From contig NW_024704743.1 of the NCBI RefSeq assembly GCF_018977255.1, forward strand, positions 7,318,001-7,382,000: DNA of 64,000 nucleotides. The letters run 5' to 3'. Both the position numbers and the translations under genes were made by a program. Positions 49,997 to 61,328 of this stretch are shown in pieces; position 1 is the stretch's first letter, and every line of letters starts with the position of its first letter. This DNA comes from Callorhinchus milii (taxonomy: Eukaryota). The notes under the pieces were generated by a model. That model had not been told where the DNA came from. It was given only the letters and a program-made list of their open reading frames with translations, and made no database searches.

Positions 49997-50307
49997 CTCA
50001 CTCACTCACTCACTCACTCACTCACTCACTCTGTCTCTCTCTCTCTCACTCTGTCTTTCTCACTCTCTCTCACTGTCTCACTCTGTCTCTCTCTCTCATT
50101 CTTTCTTTCTCTCTCACTCTGTCTCTCATTGTCTCTCTCACTCTGTCTGTATCTCATTCTCTCTCTGTCTTTCTCACTCTGTCTCTCATTCTCTCTCTGC
50201 CTTTCTCACTCTGTCTCTCTCTCTCATTCTTTCTTTCTCTCTCACTCTGTCTCTCATTGTCTTTCTCACTCTCTCTCACTCTGTCTGTCTCTCTCTCCCT
50301 CTCTCTC
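49997..50307 (+). repeat. (TCAC)n plus degenerate (TC)n polypyrimidine tract directly upstream of MTPAP
   Basis: Directly visible in the sequence. Confidence 0.95.
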
Positions 50308-50310
50308 AGT

Positions 50311-50345
50311 CCGCCCGCGCAGGCGCAGTGCTGCAGACATGGCGT
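50311..50345 (+). promoter_or_regulatory. MTPAP core promoter motifs: GC box, NRF1-like site, and YY1-like motif over the ATG
   Basis: CCGCCC at 50311-50316; CGCGCAGGCGCA at 50316-50327; ACATGGCG spans the start codon. Confidence 0.55.
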
Positions 50346-50501
50346 CCTGCATGTGGCTGCGGAGAGCCGGTACCGGGTCCGGGGCCGCGGGGCGGAGGCT
50401 GCGGCCGCTCCGCGCTCACAGCAGCAGCGGCAGAAGAAGCGGCGGCGGCGGCGCGGCTGAGGCGGCGCCGCCGCTGTTGGCAGTCAACGGCGAGACTGCA
50501 G
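50339..50501 (+). CDS. MTPAP: MTPAP exon 1 ([11 protein letters not shown]...NGETA), mitochondrial targeting-like peptide
   Basis: ATG in gacATGg context within a CpG island. Donor GCAG|GTAACA is phase 1, matching exon 2. The first ~35 residues are basic and acid-poor. Confidence 0.82.
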
Positions 50502-53500
50502 GTAACACAGGCGTCAGCGGGAGGAGAGGAGCCGCTTCACCAGAGCCTGACCTGGGCCTCGGGCCTGGAGCTGGGCCTCGGGCTGGCCTGGGCCTGGGCC
50601 TCGGGCTGGCCTGACCTGGGCCTCGGGCTGGCCTGGGCCTGGGCCTCGGGCTGGCCTGGGCCTCGGGCTGGCCTGGGCCTGGGCCTCGGGCTGGCCTGGG
50701 CCTCGGGCTGGCCTGGGCCTGGGCCTCGGGCTGGCCTGGGCCTCGGGCTGGCCCCGGGCCTCGGGCTGGCCTGGACCTCGGGCTGGACTGGCCCTCGGGC
50801 TGGCCTGACCCAGGACCTCGGGCTGGCCTGGGCCTCGGGCTGGCCTGGGCCTCGGGCTGGCCCCAGGCCTCGGGCTGGCCTGGGCCTCGGGCTGGCCCCG
50901 GGCCTCGGGCTGGCCTGGGCCTCGGGCTGGCCTGGCCCTCGGGCTGGCCTGACCCAGGGCCTCGGGCTGGCCTGGGCTTCGGGCTGGCCCCGGGCCTCGG
51001 GCCGGCCTGACCCAGGGCCTCGGGCTGGCCTGGAGCTGCTCGGCCGCCACAGGGATCCTCCTGAACCTGAGGTGATATATTATTAAGGACAGGAGGGTCT
51101 GGGCCTTGAGTTGTGAAGAGGCTCCGGGACGTGTTTGCTCCCACAGACAGTCATGGGAATGTGTTGGCCGGGAGGGAGGCCGAGACCAGGGCCAACTGGG
51201 ACTCACTAACAAAACTCCTTACAACAACAACAGTAACATCACGTGTGTAAAGCGCCTTTCACGTCGGGAGGACGTCTCAAGGCGTTGGACAGTCAGTGTT
51301 TCCTACCCGAGCTGGGGGTCGGGGTGGGGAAGGCGGAGGGCGGGGGCGAAGCAGGGAGATCAAAATCACGGTCAAAGAGGAAGGTCTTGAAGGTGACGAG
51401 GGAGGGGGCGAGACAGAGGGATTGCGGGATGGAGTTCCAGAAGGTGGGGGCAGAGCGGCTGAAGGCCAAAAGTGGGGCAAGTGAGGCGGGGGACATGAAG
51501 CAGGCCGGAGTCCGCTGAGCGGAGGGAGCGAGCAGGATGGTAGGGGGTTAGGAGGCCGCAGAGGTAGGGGGGAGCAAGACCATGGAGGGCTTTGAATGTG
51601 AGGACCAGGATCTTGAACTGTATCCTCTGTGTAACGGGAAGCCAGTAGAGGATTGGAGAGGACACGGGCTGCAGAGTTGTGGATGATCTGCAGCCTATGG
51701 AGGAAGGAGTTGGGGAGGCCAATAAGCAAGGAATTTGCATAGTTAAGCCTCGATGTAATGAAAGCATGTGTACATGTGTCAAGTTTTCGGCAGACTGCGG
51801 GTGTGAGACAGTGGTGGAGCCGAGCGATGTTGCGGAGGTGGGGGAAGGCAGAGCGGGTCATGGCGCAGTTGTGTGGTAGAAAACCTTAATACTGTAATGG
51901 AAAGAGAATGTGAACTGTGGAGGATGAGATAAATGAGCTGATAGGGTTTCATCTAAATATCTGTTGTGTGATCTTGTGAGGTACACATTGAGATGAACGA
52001 ATATTCCAAAGAGGTTGATGATTTCTGTGCTGTTCAGAGAGGAGGGTGGGTGTGGATGGTGGCAGAGAGCGAGAGATACAAACTTATTCCATGAATGCAT
52101 TTTTCACATTTTTTTTAATAATAACTACTTTAATTTCGAGTTCTTACAGGATGTATATGTACCTTTTTCAGGCACATTGGAAAGCACGGTTACAAAGAAG
52201 ACATTTTCAGCCTTCCTAGCGGAAAGGCTTGAACAAGCAGAGCGCACTGTTTTGATTAGCTGCCCTCCTAATATCAACGAGAAGAAATTCTACAAATACT
52301 TATCGCATTATGGAACGATCAACAATTATTTCTTCTATGAAACTTTTGTAAGTGTTGCAGAGCAAAGATTGAAAACTAAGCATTTTACTGACAATCTCTG
52401 TATTGATTGAATTGAAACATGTTGCTCTGAGAGTGCCACCGAGTAATGATGGATTCCACAGGAAAGGATATAAATGCACAGATGAGCATTCAGGTAATCT
52501 CCTAAACTGTAAATTCATGTACATCAAGCAAGTCTAATGTAGAGTCATAAAAATGATAGTACAGAAGGAGGTCATTTACCCCATTGAGCAAAATTGGTGT
52601 CAGCTTGTGTAATGGAGCTCTAATTCCAATTCTCTTTCCCTTTTTATATTCTTCCTCCAATATTGTACCACCAACTACATTGTGCATTAATTAATATATC
52701 AGGAGATGTTTGCGCACGTTACATACAGTACTGTGTAAAACACTTGCAGTGTTACAAGGCTGACATCCCCTGTTATTAAGCGCCAGACTGCAGTCGGAAG
52801 GAAGTGTAGCCAAAAAGGGCAGGAGCCTGCAAACTAATGAAGCTATGCTTTTTACACGCTTTGCTCTCAGCTTGTGTGCGGGTGCGTGCCTGTGAGTTGA
52901 CCGGCTCTGCTTGTGGAAGCACTGCTGTGGTCTTTCACTTGCTACTTTCAACAACACTGCGTTGTACTCTTGGAATATGGCGGATTGCTTTTCCAGGGAT
53001 AATAATTCCTTCAAAAAAAATTATTCATAATGATGATTTGGTCACTCAGTCCAAGACTGTTTATGGGACACTGCTGTGTAAAATTGGCTGCTGCGTTTCA
53101 CCCACAACATATACAGTCAATTCACTTTACAGTATATTCTGTGAAGCAATTCGAGACGTGATAAGGCGCTATGTCAAATGCAAGGATTATTATTACCTAT
53201 TGCTTTTAAATCAAGCCTATACCTCACTGTTTGCAAAGTTTACAATTCTGTTTGTAGAAATTATGCATTTCAGGTCACTAGGACTTTAATTGTGTCACAG
53301 TTGTAAATTATTAACTTGTCATTGAAACAGAACGTTTTATGATGAACTATCATAACATTTTTGATAACGTGATTGTACTGTGGTCCCCATTTACTGTGGC
53401 CAGCTTTTGCACTAAAATGGCTGCCTTCTGGTTGTTTGGTTGCTGATGACATAGTTTCCTGCTTTGCTGCACACATGGCGGTGACCTGATGACCCAGATA

Positions 53501-56500
53501 TTGGGCATTTTTCTTTTAGCGCGGGAACCGACCCACGAAACCAGCGAGTCGGCCGGCTGCAAACGTGCAATGTAGGATGTGCAGGATTTTATGCATCCCA
53601 AACACTATAATTAACATTATAACTACTGTTCGCGGAGTCAGATTGACTTTCATATACATCAGGTCTATTGCTTCAGGTTTTGCAGAGTGGGTAAATGAGG
53701 AGTTCTGGATGACACTGGTTACTAGTTATGAAATTATGAAAAGCTTAATATAGATTGAGATAAAGATTGTGTGTATAAGACTGAACATAGCAGATGGAAT
53801 TGGTCAACTATGATCAGCCACTATTTTGCTCTTGTTTCTGATTTGATCACATATTTTATGATTAAGTCAAATGAAACAAGTTCTGTAACCAAGGAAACAT
53901 ACAGCAATGTCCTGGTTCAGTTTGGGTGTTGACCTGATTCAACTGGTAGCATTCTTGCCTAAGTCAGAAGGTTGTGGATTCGAGCCCCAAGACTGAACTT
54001 TGAGGTCATAGTCTTGGGAGGCTAACGCTCCAATGCAGTGCTGGATTGTCAGAGGTGTCATCCTTCAGATGAGATGTTATATCAAGGTCTCGTCTGCCTT
54101 TTCAGGTGGCTTCCATGGCATTTTTTGAGAAGAGAAGGGCTTTTCCCTGGTGTCATGACAAAATAATTTCCCAGATAAAATTAGTCTTTAATTTCAAGGG
54201 TGTTTGTGGAACATTGCATTATGCAAATTGGCTGCTGAGCTTCGCCTATAAATGCAGTCATTGAACTTTACAATAAAATCCTTTGAGGTGTTTTGAGATG
54301 TTTCAACAATGTGATATGGCTCTACATCAAATTCAAGGATGATTGCAAAGCATTGTTAGGAAATCTCTGAACCTTTCCATTAGCTTTCTAAATGATCTTT
54401 TCCCTTTACACCTGTCTGCTCGAAGGAACATATTTTGCAATGTAGAACTAACACCCGTAGTTTTATTTAGAGACTCATTGCATTTGACTTATTCGTAAAC
54501 CATTTGCTAATTGTGTGTAGATTTTTCTTTGTAGAATTTATGTTTTTTTTGGTCAGCCAGGTATCTTGACACATGCAGAACCCGATCATCATTATTATCA
54601 TCATTATTATTATCATTATCATCATTAGCAATATCTAAGCCAAACGGAGTTCTATCCCACTAAACACGGAAATTCTAGAATTTTATTAGAATGGAATACA
54701 CACTGACTCCTTGGAGGGATGCGTTCTGCTTATATATTAGACGCAGGTCGGCAAGTCAAAGCTTGGGGTACTCCTAGAGTTTGTTGGAGTACTGCTGAAG
54801 TCTAACCAGCTAAAGCCACATAGCTTGCCATTGACAGTACTGTCTGACAAGTTTTCCCGTTCCTAGTCCAGCTAGGACCACTCTACCAGTTAGGGCTTTG
54901 GCATACAGGGTTAATGGGAGCGGAGTGGGAAGAGGCCCTGCCTCCAAGGACTGGTCTGCCAGGCTGGCTGGGCTGTTACCATCAGTGTCCTGGAGTATTG
55001 CAGCTCGGCTGGCTCAGGAACTGGACTACCAGACTGCCATAGAGAGATGGCTCAACTTTGACATTCCATTGCTAAACATAGCGCTTTGGAGTCAGTTCAG
55101 CTCCAAGAAGACCCTGCTTACCTCGCCCCCCCCCCCCCCCCACACCCAACCACCCCATGACTAGTTGGTCATTTGGCATCCGACAAGAGCAGGTTTGAGC
55201 CCTCACTCGGTGAATAGCAGGTACCAGGAACTTCCTGCAAGCTTCATGGTTTGGAAGTTATGCATTGTTGAGTGTGACTTCCATGAAAGGTAATTGACAA
55301 GCTGTGTTATACTTTGGTCATGCTACCCTGCTGAAAATATGGTGGAGCAAAAGACCTTTTTTTAAAAAAAAACTGGTAACAAATAAAATCCACAAAATGT
55401 AAGCAGCTCAAGTCGCAACACATCTTTCCCTTTATGTTTCTTTGGGCAAATGTCCTTGGAAATGCAAACTGTCTTTTTAAAGTAGATAATGCACCAAAAC
55501 CATTTCTTAAACTTGTTTTTATCAGTTTGATTTCCTTTCTACAAAACTAATACCTGTTATTTGAATTGTTAATACGTGGTCATTTTTAACAGGACGTTCC
55601 TTTATTCCACAGGGTGCTTACGCAGTGGTAGAGTTTTCTGGGACGGAAGATATAGCAGCACTCAAAGAGTCTACCTGTATCCCTCGTCTTCAGCATGAAT
55701 GTGCTGTTCCCTTCAAGTCCAGGCTTTTCAACTTAAGAAAAAACAATGTTGGTGAGCTCTCTACTGCACAATCTTCTGTGCAGTGCCTGAAGCTGTCTGC
55801 CATTCCCCACAGTGAACTTTTACGGAAGATTTCAGGCGCTGAGACTGTAAGTTTGCACGGCATGGATAAAATAGAGTTTGTATTCAAGGACAAGTACTTG
55901 AGGAAAAATAATGAATGATACAGGGAAAGATGCGGGTAATGGGATCAGAGTACATACTGTAGCCCATTGAGAGAGCAAACAACAGAGCAGACACAAAGGG
56001 CAAATGTCTTTGTCCAGTAAATGTTCCATGATTCAAGAATCATTTGGGTTTATTTGATCCTTAGAGAAACTAATGTAACCTCCCCAAGCTCCGGCTCCCA
56101 GTCAGTTGTGTGAAGCACAACTTTGAGATATCATCCTGACATTAAAAGTACTAAATAAATATAAATTATTTACGTTGAAATATGCATTGTATTGATATTA
56201 ATGTTGAGTTGATTTCAGTGAATTTCAAAAAATGGTTTTAGTTCTAAACAAGTTGTTAATTTAATTTTTTTACTTCAGATCGATCAACAGTTGCACACAG
56301 TGTGTGAAGAGTACCAGCTTACCGAAGAAAATACGCGTCTGCGTTTTCTCGTGTGCTCCTTAGTGAAGGACATTGCAGCCGCCTACTTTCCAGAATGTTC
56401 AATTAAACCATTTGGGTCATCAGTAAATAACTTTGGGAAGATGGGCTGTGACCTGGACATGTTTTTGGATCTAGATGGCATTTCTGGAAGAAATAATGTA

Positions 56501-56503
56501 AAG
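50339..56503 (+). CDS. MTPAP: MTPAP mitochondrial poly(A) polymerase, 5' part: join(50339-50501,52172-52347,55613-55846,56279-56503); no later exon found, probably beyond the window
   Basis: Four in-frame GT-AG exons encode an Arg/Ser/Ala-rich presequence-like N-terminus, the RRM-like domain ([12 protein letters not shown]...[15 protein letters not shown]...VPFKSRLF) and the nucleotidyltransferase motif [23 protein letters not shown]. Confidence 0.95.
50545..51035 (+). repeat. GC-rich minisatellite (GGGCTGGCCTGGGCCTC)n in MTPAP intron 1
   Basis: A 17-nt unit with optional extra GGCCTG subunits, spanning about 490 nt. Confidence 0.95.
51221..51868 (-). mobile_element. L2 3' fragment in MTPAP intron 1
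   Basis: HLRNIARL...[18 protein letters not shown]...[15 protein letters not shown], with the tail seen as (AAC)n on the plus strand. Confidence 0.87.
52172..52347 (+). CDS. MTPAP: MTPAP exon 2
   Basis: Acceptor cctttttcag|, donor TTT|GTAAGT. Encodes [51 protein letters not shown]. Confidence 0.95.
53930..54345 (+). mobile_element. SINE family A in MTPAP intron 2
   Basis: Head, Deu-like core and tail all recognisable. Confidence 0.78.
55613..55846 (+). CDS. MTPAP: MTPAP exon 3
   Basis: Acceptor tttattccacag|, donor ACT|GTAAGT. Encodes GAYAVVEF...[11 protein letters not shown]...GAET. Confidence 0.94.
56279..56503 (+). CDS. MTPAP: MTPAP exon 4 (catalytic GS...DxD motif)
   Basis: Acceptor tttttacttcag|, donor AAG|GTAAGA. 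Encodes IDQQLH...[16 protein letters not shown]...AAAYFP...[22 protein letters not shown]. Confidence 0.96.
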
Positions 56504-57931
56504 GTAAGAGCTATCAGTTCATTACTTGAATTGAAAAGACATTGTGTTCTGTCCAATAGGTAACTGTTCAATTAATTCTGTTTATAATCATTCAAGAGTG
56601 AACACCTTTTTAGGATCAGTGTAAGGCTTGTGTGATGATAGTGATGAAATAACTGTTCCATGACTTTTCTGCATCTTCACTACATAGAATTACATACAAT
56701 GTTACAGCACAGGTCATTCAACCCAACAAATCCTATTGGTCTTTATACATCATCAGCCTTCACCCCTCCTAATCTCCTCTTCGATAGCCCCTCTTATTTC
56801 CTTCTCCCTTGTGTATGCCTCCTATGCCCCTATCTCACCCTAATGCTTTGGAAATCTTCATTCACAGCTTTGTCACCTACGGGCTTGACTTCTCAAGTGC
56901 CCTCTTCCACGTAATACCCCACTGCCTGCATCCTTACCTGCACAAAATCTTTTATGTCTGTGACGCTCATCCTTGCCAGGCTTCACTGTCTCACAGTTGA
57001 TCTACTTCAAGAAGCTCAACCTGTAAATCCCTTCATGACCCCGCACTTGCATACCTCTGTGATTTTCTCCAGCCTTATTCATTCTGCTTGCTCCCCTCTG
57101 CTTGGTAAACTCAGACCTGTTGTACATTTCTCCGCCCGCCTTGGCAATATTCCTTCCCTCACACCTTCCATCTCACTCCCTCTATCTTCAACAGCTGCCT
57201 AAAAACTTACCTTCTTCTCCCTCCTGCTCGTTGTCTGGCATCATCTCTCTAAAGCACTCTTGAGTCATTACTCTGCGTGAGTCCCGCTACTTAAAAGCAA
57301 TTTGCTGTAGTACAAAAGTGTTCATCCTGCTGATTTTCTGCAGATAGGAGAGTTTCCAATCTTCTCAGTGAGATTGACGTAGAGCATTATATAATAATAA
57401 TTCTTCCATTTGATATAGCGCCTTATCACATCTTTGAAACAAGTCAAAGCACTTCATAGAATATACTGTAAAATGAATTAACTATGTTTTGTGGGCAAAA
57501 TATGGCAGCCAATTGCAAAATATGGCAGCAGTGTCCCACAAACAGCCATGGATTGAGTGATCAAATTTAAAAAAAATTATTTTGAAGCAATCATTACCCC
57601 TGAAAAAACGACCGGCTTTTGGTATTACAAATTATTCTGCTAGACTTTTCATCATGGAACAGTTGTAATATTAAACGCTCATAGCAGATCTCTAGATAAC
57701 GAACAGAGACTTAGCTGACGTCCCCCCCTCCGCCCTCCCATCACCACACTCATCTTTGACTCGAGGCACTGAGACCATTTGTAGCACCCTATTGCTTTAT
57801 AGCTGTAATTCGATAACTCTAGTCAGACTGAAGAGCACACGTCAGACATTTGTAGTCTGTATGATTCAGATCTGGAAGTGGTTTTACTGAGTCACGAGGG
57901 CAGATCTGTAAATGTGTAAATAGGTGCTTTA

Positions 57932-58237
57932 AATAATAATAATAATCCTTGCATTTGATATAGCGCTTTTCACGTCTTCTAGACGTCCAAAAGCGCTTCA
58001 CAGAATATACTGTAAAGTGAATTGACCGTATATTTGTGGGCGAACGCGGCAGCCAATTGCGCACAGCAATGTCCCACAAACAGTCATGGATTGAAAATGA
58101 CCAATTTATTATTGTTTTGTTTTTTGGAGGGATTATTATTAGGCGTGTGGAGTAAGGAAACTTGCCCAAGGTTTCGCCCTGCCTGGAATTGAACTCAGTT
58201 CTCTCACTTGCAAAGCGAGTGCTCTAACCACTGAGCT
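57932..58237 (-). mobile_element. SINE family B
   Basis: Reverse complement of the family B sequence. Confidence 0.9.
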
Positions 58238-58435
58238 GTTGCTTTCCAGTAAATGGATTCCTGTACATTTACATTGACCGGCTAGCCTCTGCCTCTGCTT
58301 TTTGTGAGATAGATGTGAGTCAGTTACACTCTTCCCCAATGATCTCAATAACCTGAGCTCCCAATCCCAATGGGATTATATTTTAAATTCCTGTTGTGCA
58401 TCATCATGATGGAAATTTAAGGAACATCATGAAGA

Positions 58436-58763
58436 CGTGGAGTCCTGTAGCTCAGTTGTTAGAGCACTCGCTTTGCAAGCGAGAGACCTGAGTTCAATTC
58501 CAGGCAGAGGGCGAAACCTTGGGCAAGTTTCCTTACTCCACACAGAGCCTAATAATAATCCCTCCAAAAAAACTAAACAATAATAAATTGGTCATTTTTA
58601 ATCTACAACTGTTTGTGGGACATTGCTGTGCGCAATTGGCTGCCGTGTTCGCCCACAAATATACAGTCAATTCACTTCACAGTGTGTTATGTGAAGCGCT
58701 TTGGGACGTCCTCCCGACATGAAAAGCGCTATATCAAATGCAAGGATTATTATTATTATTATT
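58436..58763 (+). mobile_element. SINE family B, full-length
   Basis: Near-identical to 46536-46857. Confidence 0.9.
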
Positions 58764-59799
58764 AAGACAAGCACAACAATATTTCAGCCAAAAATTGATA
58801 ATGTGGTTTGGAAAAGTACTGTGCATCATATAAATGCAAGGTGGCATAGTGTTTGAAACTCTATCGCAGCATTAAATATGTGCAAGTATCTGATGTAAAC
58901 TGAACTATACATACCATAACCGTCTGTGACAATCATAGCAAAATGTAAATGCCTTGGTGGAGGTAATAGTAGAAGTAATTCAGCAAGTTAAAGCTTCAAC
59001 AACTTGTGCTTGTTTATAGCGCCTTTTCACCTTTATAGCACATTATGACATAATTAAGACATCATAAAGGTCCCAGGTTTGATTCTTGACCTCTTTGTGT
59101 TAGCGAGCCGTAGCCAGTATGTCACAAGGTGCTACACAAAGCGTCTGGTGCTTTATCGGTAGTTTTTAGACTGGACAGTTCTGACAAATAGATAACAGCG
59201 GAACTATTCTTTACGAGCTTCTAAGAATGTCATTTTAAAATCTGAAAACAGATTAAGTTACTCGCTGTGATTTATTGTAGTGGATTTAATCTATTCAAAT
59301 GTATTGCAAAGATACTGGGGTATTCCCTGTTCTGGATAGATAATACCATTTCTGGGCTCTATAAAACTAGGTATTTGAGGTTTCCTTTCGGAAAGAACTG
59401 AGACATAAACACATTTGTTCCAGTGAAATGGCATAAATGAGATATTCAGAATGTAACCTTTGTACAGTTATACCTGTCTTGAACCTCACGGGGGGCTGAG
59501 CCAAAGTGACCTTTTGTATAAATAAGAGTGGCCTCTGAGTAAGGGTTTGTTTGTTTGTGTGTGTGTGTAATCAGTCCGGGCTGTTCCGAGTGGTTGTTAA
59601 CAAGGGGTGGTTGCTGAATGGAGGTGGTTTTTTGAACAGATTTGAGTATTATTATTACTTACATTATTAGGATTAATCTGGTTGTTTGCGAATTACAACT
59701 GCACAATATTGCAGGTTCATTCTTTGTAACTAAGTAGGAAAGTTGGGGTAACGCATCATTTTTCCAAATGTAGCTTGTAGAAAGGAGAGTTTTATAATA

Positions 59800-60175
59800 A
59801 ACCTTTCATTTGTATTTCTGCATAGTGACTATATTTATAGGCAAATGTGGGAGCTAATTTGCTCACAGCAGTGACCCACAAACTGCCATGAAGTGAATGA
59901 TTGTTCTTTTTTTAAAATGGGGACTTGTTGGCTCGGACACCAGGAGAAACTCCCTTCTCTTTTTGAAAAATGCCATTGATTCTTTAATGTACACCTGAAA
60001 AGGCAGGCGAGATCAATTTAAAATCTCATCTGAAGGAGGGCACTTCCTCCAGTCCACTCCCTGGCATTGCACTGGAGTGTCAACTTAGCCCATAAATTCA
60101 AAGCTCTGATGTGGATCTTGAGCACACAACCTTCTGACTTGGAGGAGAGAGTGCTTCCGACTGAGCTGGGCTGAC
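59800..60175 (-). mobile_element. SINE family A in MTPAP intron 4
   Basis: Reverse head cacaaccttctgactt and core. Confidence 0.75.
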
Positions 60176-60592
60176 TTATTGTCTGTGCTCTCCTTTGGCT
60201 GAGACGTTGAATCAAAATCTTATGTGCTTGTTCTGGTGATTCGGGTGGATGTTGAAGATTCTATGGCTATTTCAAAGAAGAGTAGAGAACTCTCTTAGTA
60301 TCCTAGACAATATTCCTCTTTCATCTAAATTAACAAAAACAAAGAGTCTGTCTTTCATTTCTTGGCAACATAAGCTGCCACATTTACCTACAGTTCCGCG
60401 AGGCACTTTAAAATATTTCAATATGATAAATTGCTTCATCAAATGAAGTACTGTATCAATTGTATGTTTAATTTTATCCAGTTATGCTTTGAGTTTAGAA
60501 GCAAGTAAAAATTGAATGTTTGGCTTTTGAAATATCTGTGGTATCTTGGTCTCTTGTAGACTCACTCAGTTGGTAGCACTCTCACCTCTGAG

Positions 60593-61328
60593 ACCACCAC
60601 CTGCTCCCTGGATCCCATCCCCACCCTTCTCCTTAAATCCCAGCTCCACCTCCTTGCCCCACTATGCACCGACATAATAATAATAATCCTTGCATTTGAT
60701 ATAGAGCGTCCCACAAACAGTCATGGATTAAAAATGACCAATTTATTATTGTTTTGGAGGGATTATTATTAGGCGTGTGGAGTAAGGAAACTTGCCCAAG
60801 GTTTCGTCCTGCCTGGAATTGAACCCAGGTGTCTCGCTTGCAAGGCGAATGCTCTAACCACTGAGCTACAGTACTCCACATCAACTTCTACATCAGCTTC
60901 TCCTCTAGCCCCCGCACCGTCTCGTGCAGTGTTCCTCAGGGCTCTGTCCTCGGTCCCCTCCTCTTCATCCTCCACATGCTCCCCCTTGATGACATCATCA
61001 ACCTTTCCCTGTCATCTGGCACTGTTCCTTCCCCCCTCAAAACAGCCATCATCACTCCCACCTTGAAGAAACCTTCCCTTGACCCATCACAGCTATCCAG
61101 CTACCGGCCCATCTCATACCTCCCTTTCCTATTCAAGGTCCTTGAGAGAGCCGTTGCCTCCCAGTGTCGCTCTTTCCTCTCCTCCCACTCCCTCCATGGA
61201 CCCTTCCAATCGGGTTTCCGTGCTGCCCCCACAGCACGGACACTGCTCCAGTTAAGGTTACAAATGACATCCCGACCAGGGCTCCCTCTGTCTCCTCATC
61301 CTCCTCGACCCCTCCGCCGCCTTTGACA
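60593..61328 (+). mobile_element. Rearranged L2 RT fragment containing a SINE insertion
   Basis: Segments read TTCSLDPIP...TDI, then a SINE, then [12 protein letters not shown]...LDDII, then NLSLSSGTVP...YRPISYLPFL...QSGFRAA, i.e. out of order. Confidence 0.82.
60677..60879 (-). mobile_element. SINE family B with internal deletion
   Basis: Head and tail present; roughly 100 nt of the 3' module missing. Confidence 0.85.

Noticed and set aside
50328..51212. ORFs of 232-252 aa with [10 protein letters not shown] / PARGPG repeats
   Set aside because: They come from the intron 1 minisatellite; the real exon ends at the 50501 donor.
52141..52171. Alternative MTPAP exon 2 acceptor ttcttacag| at 52149
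   Set aside because: It is 22 nt upstream of the chosen acceptor and out of phase with exon 1.
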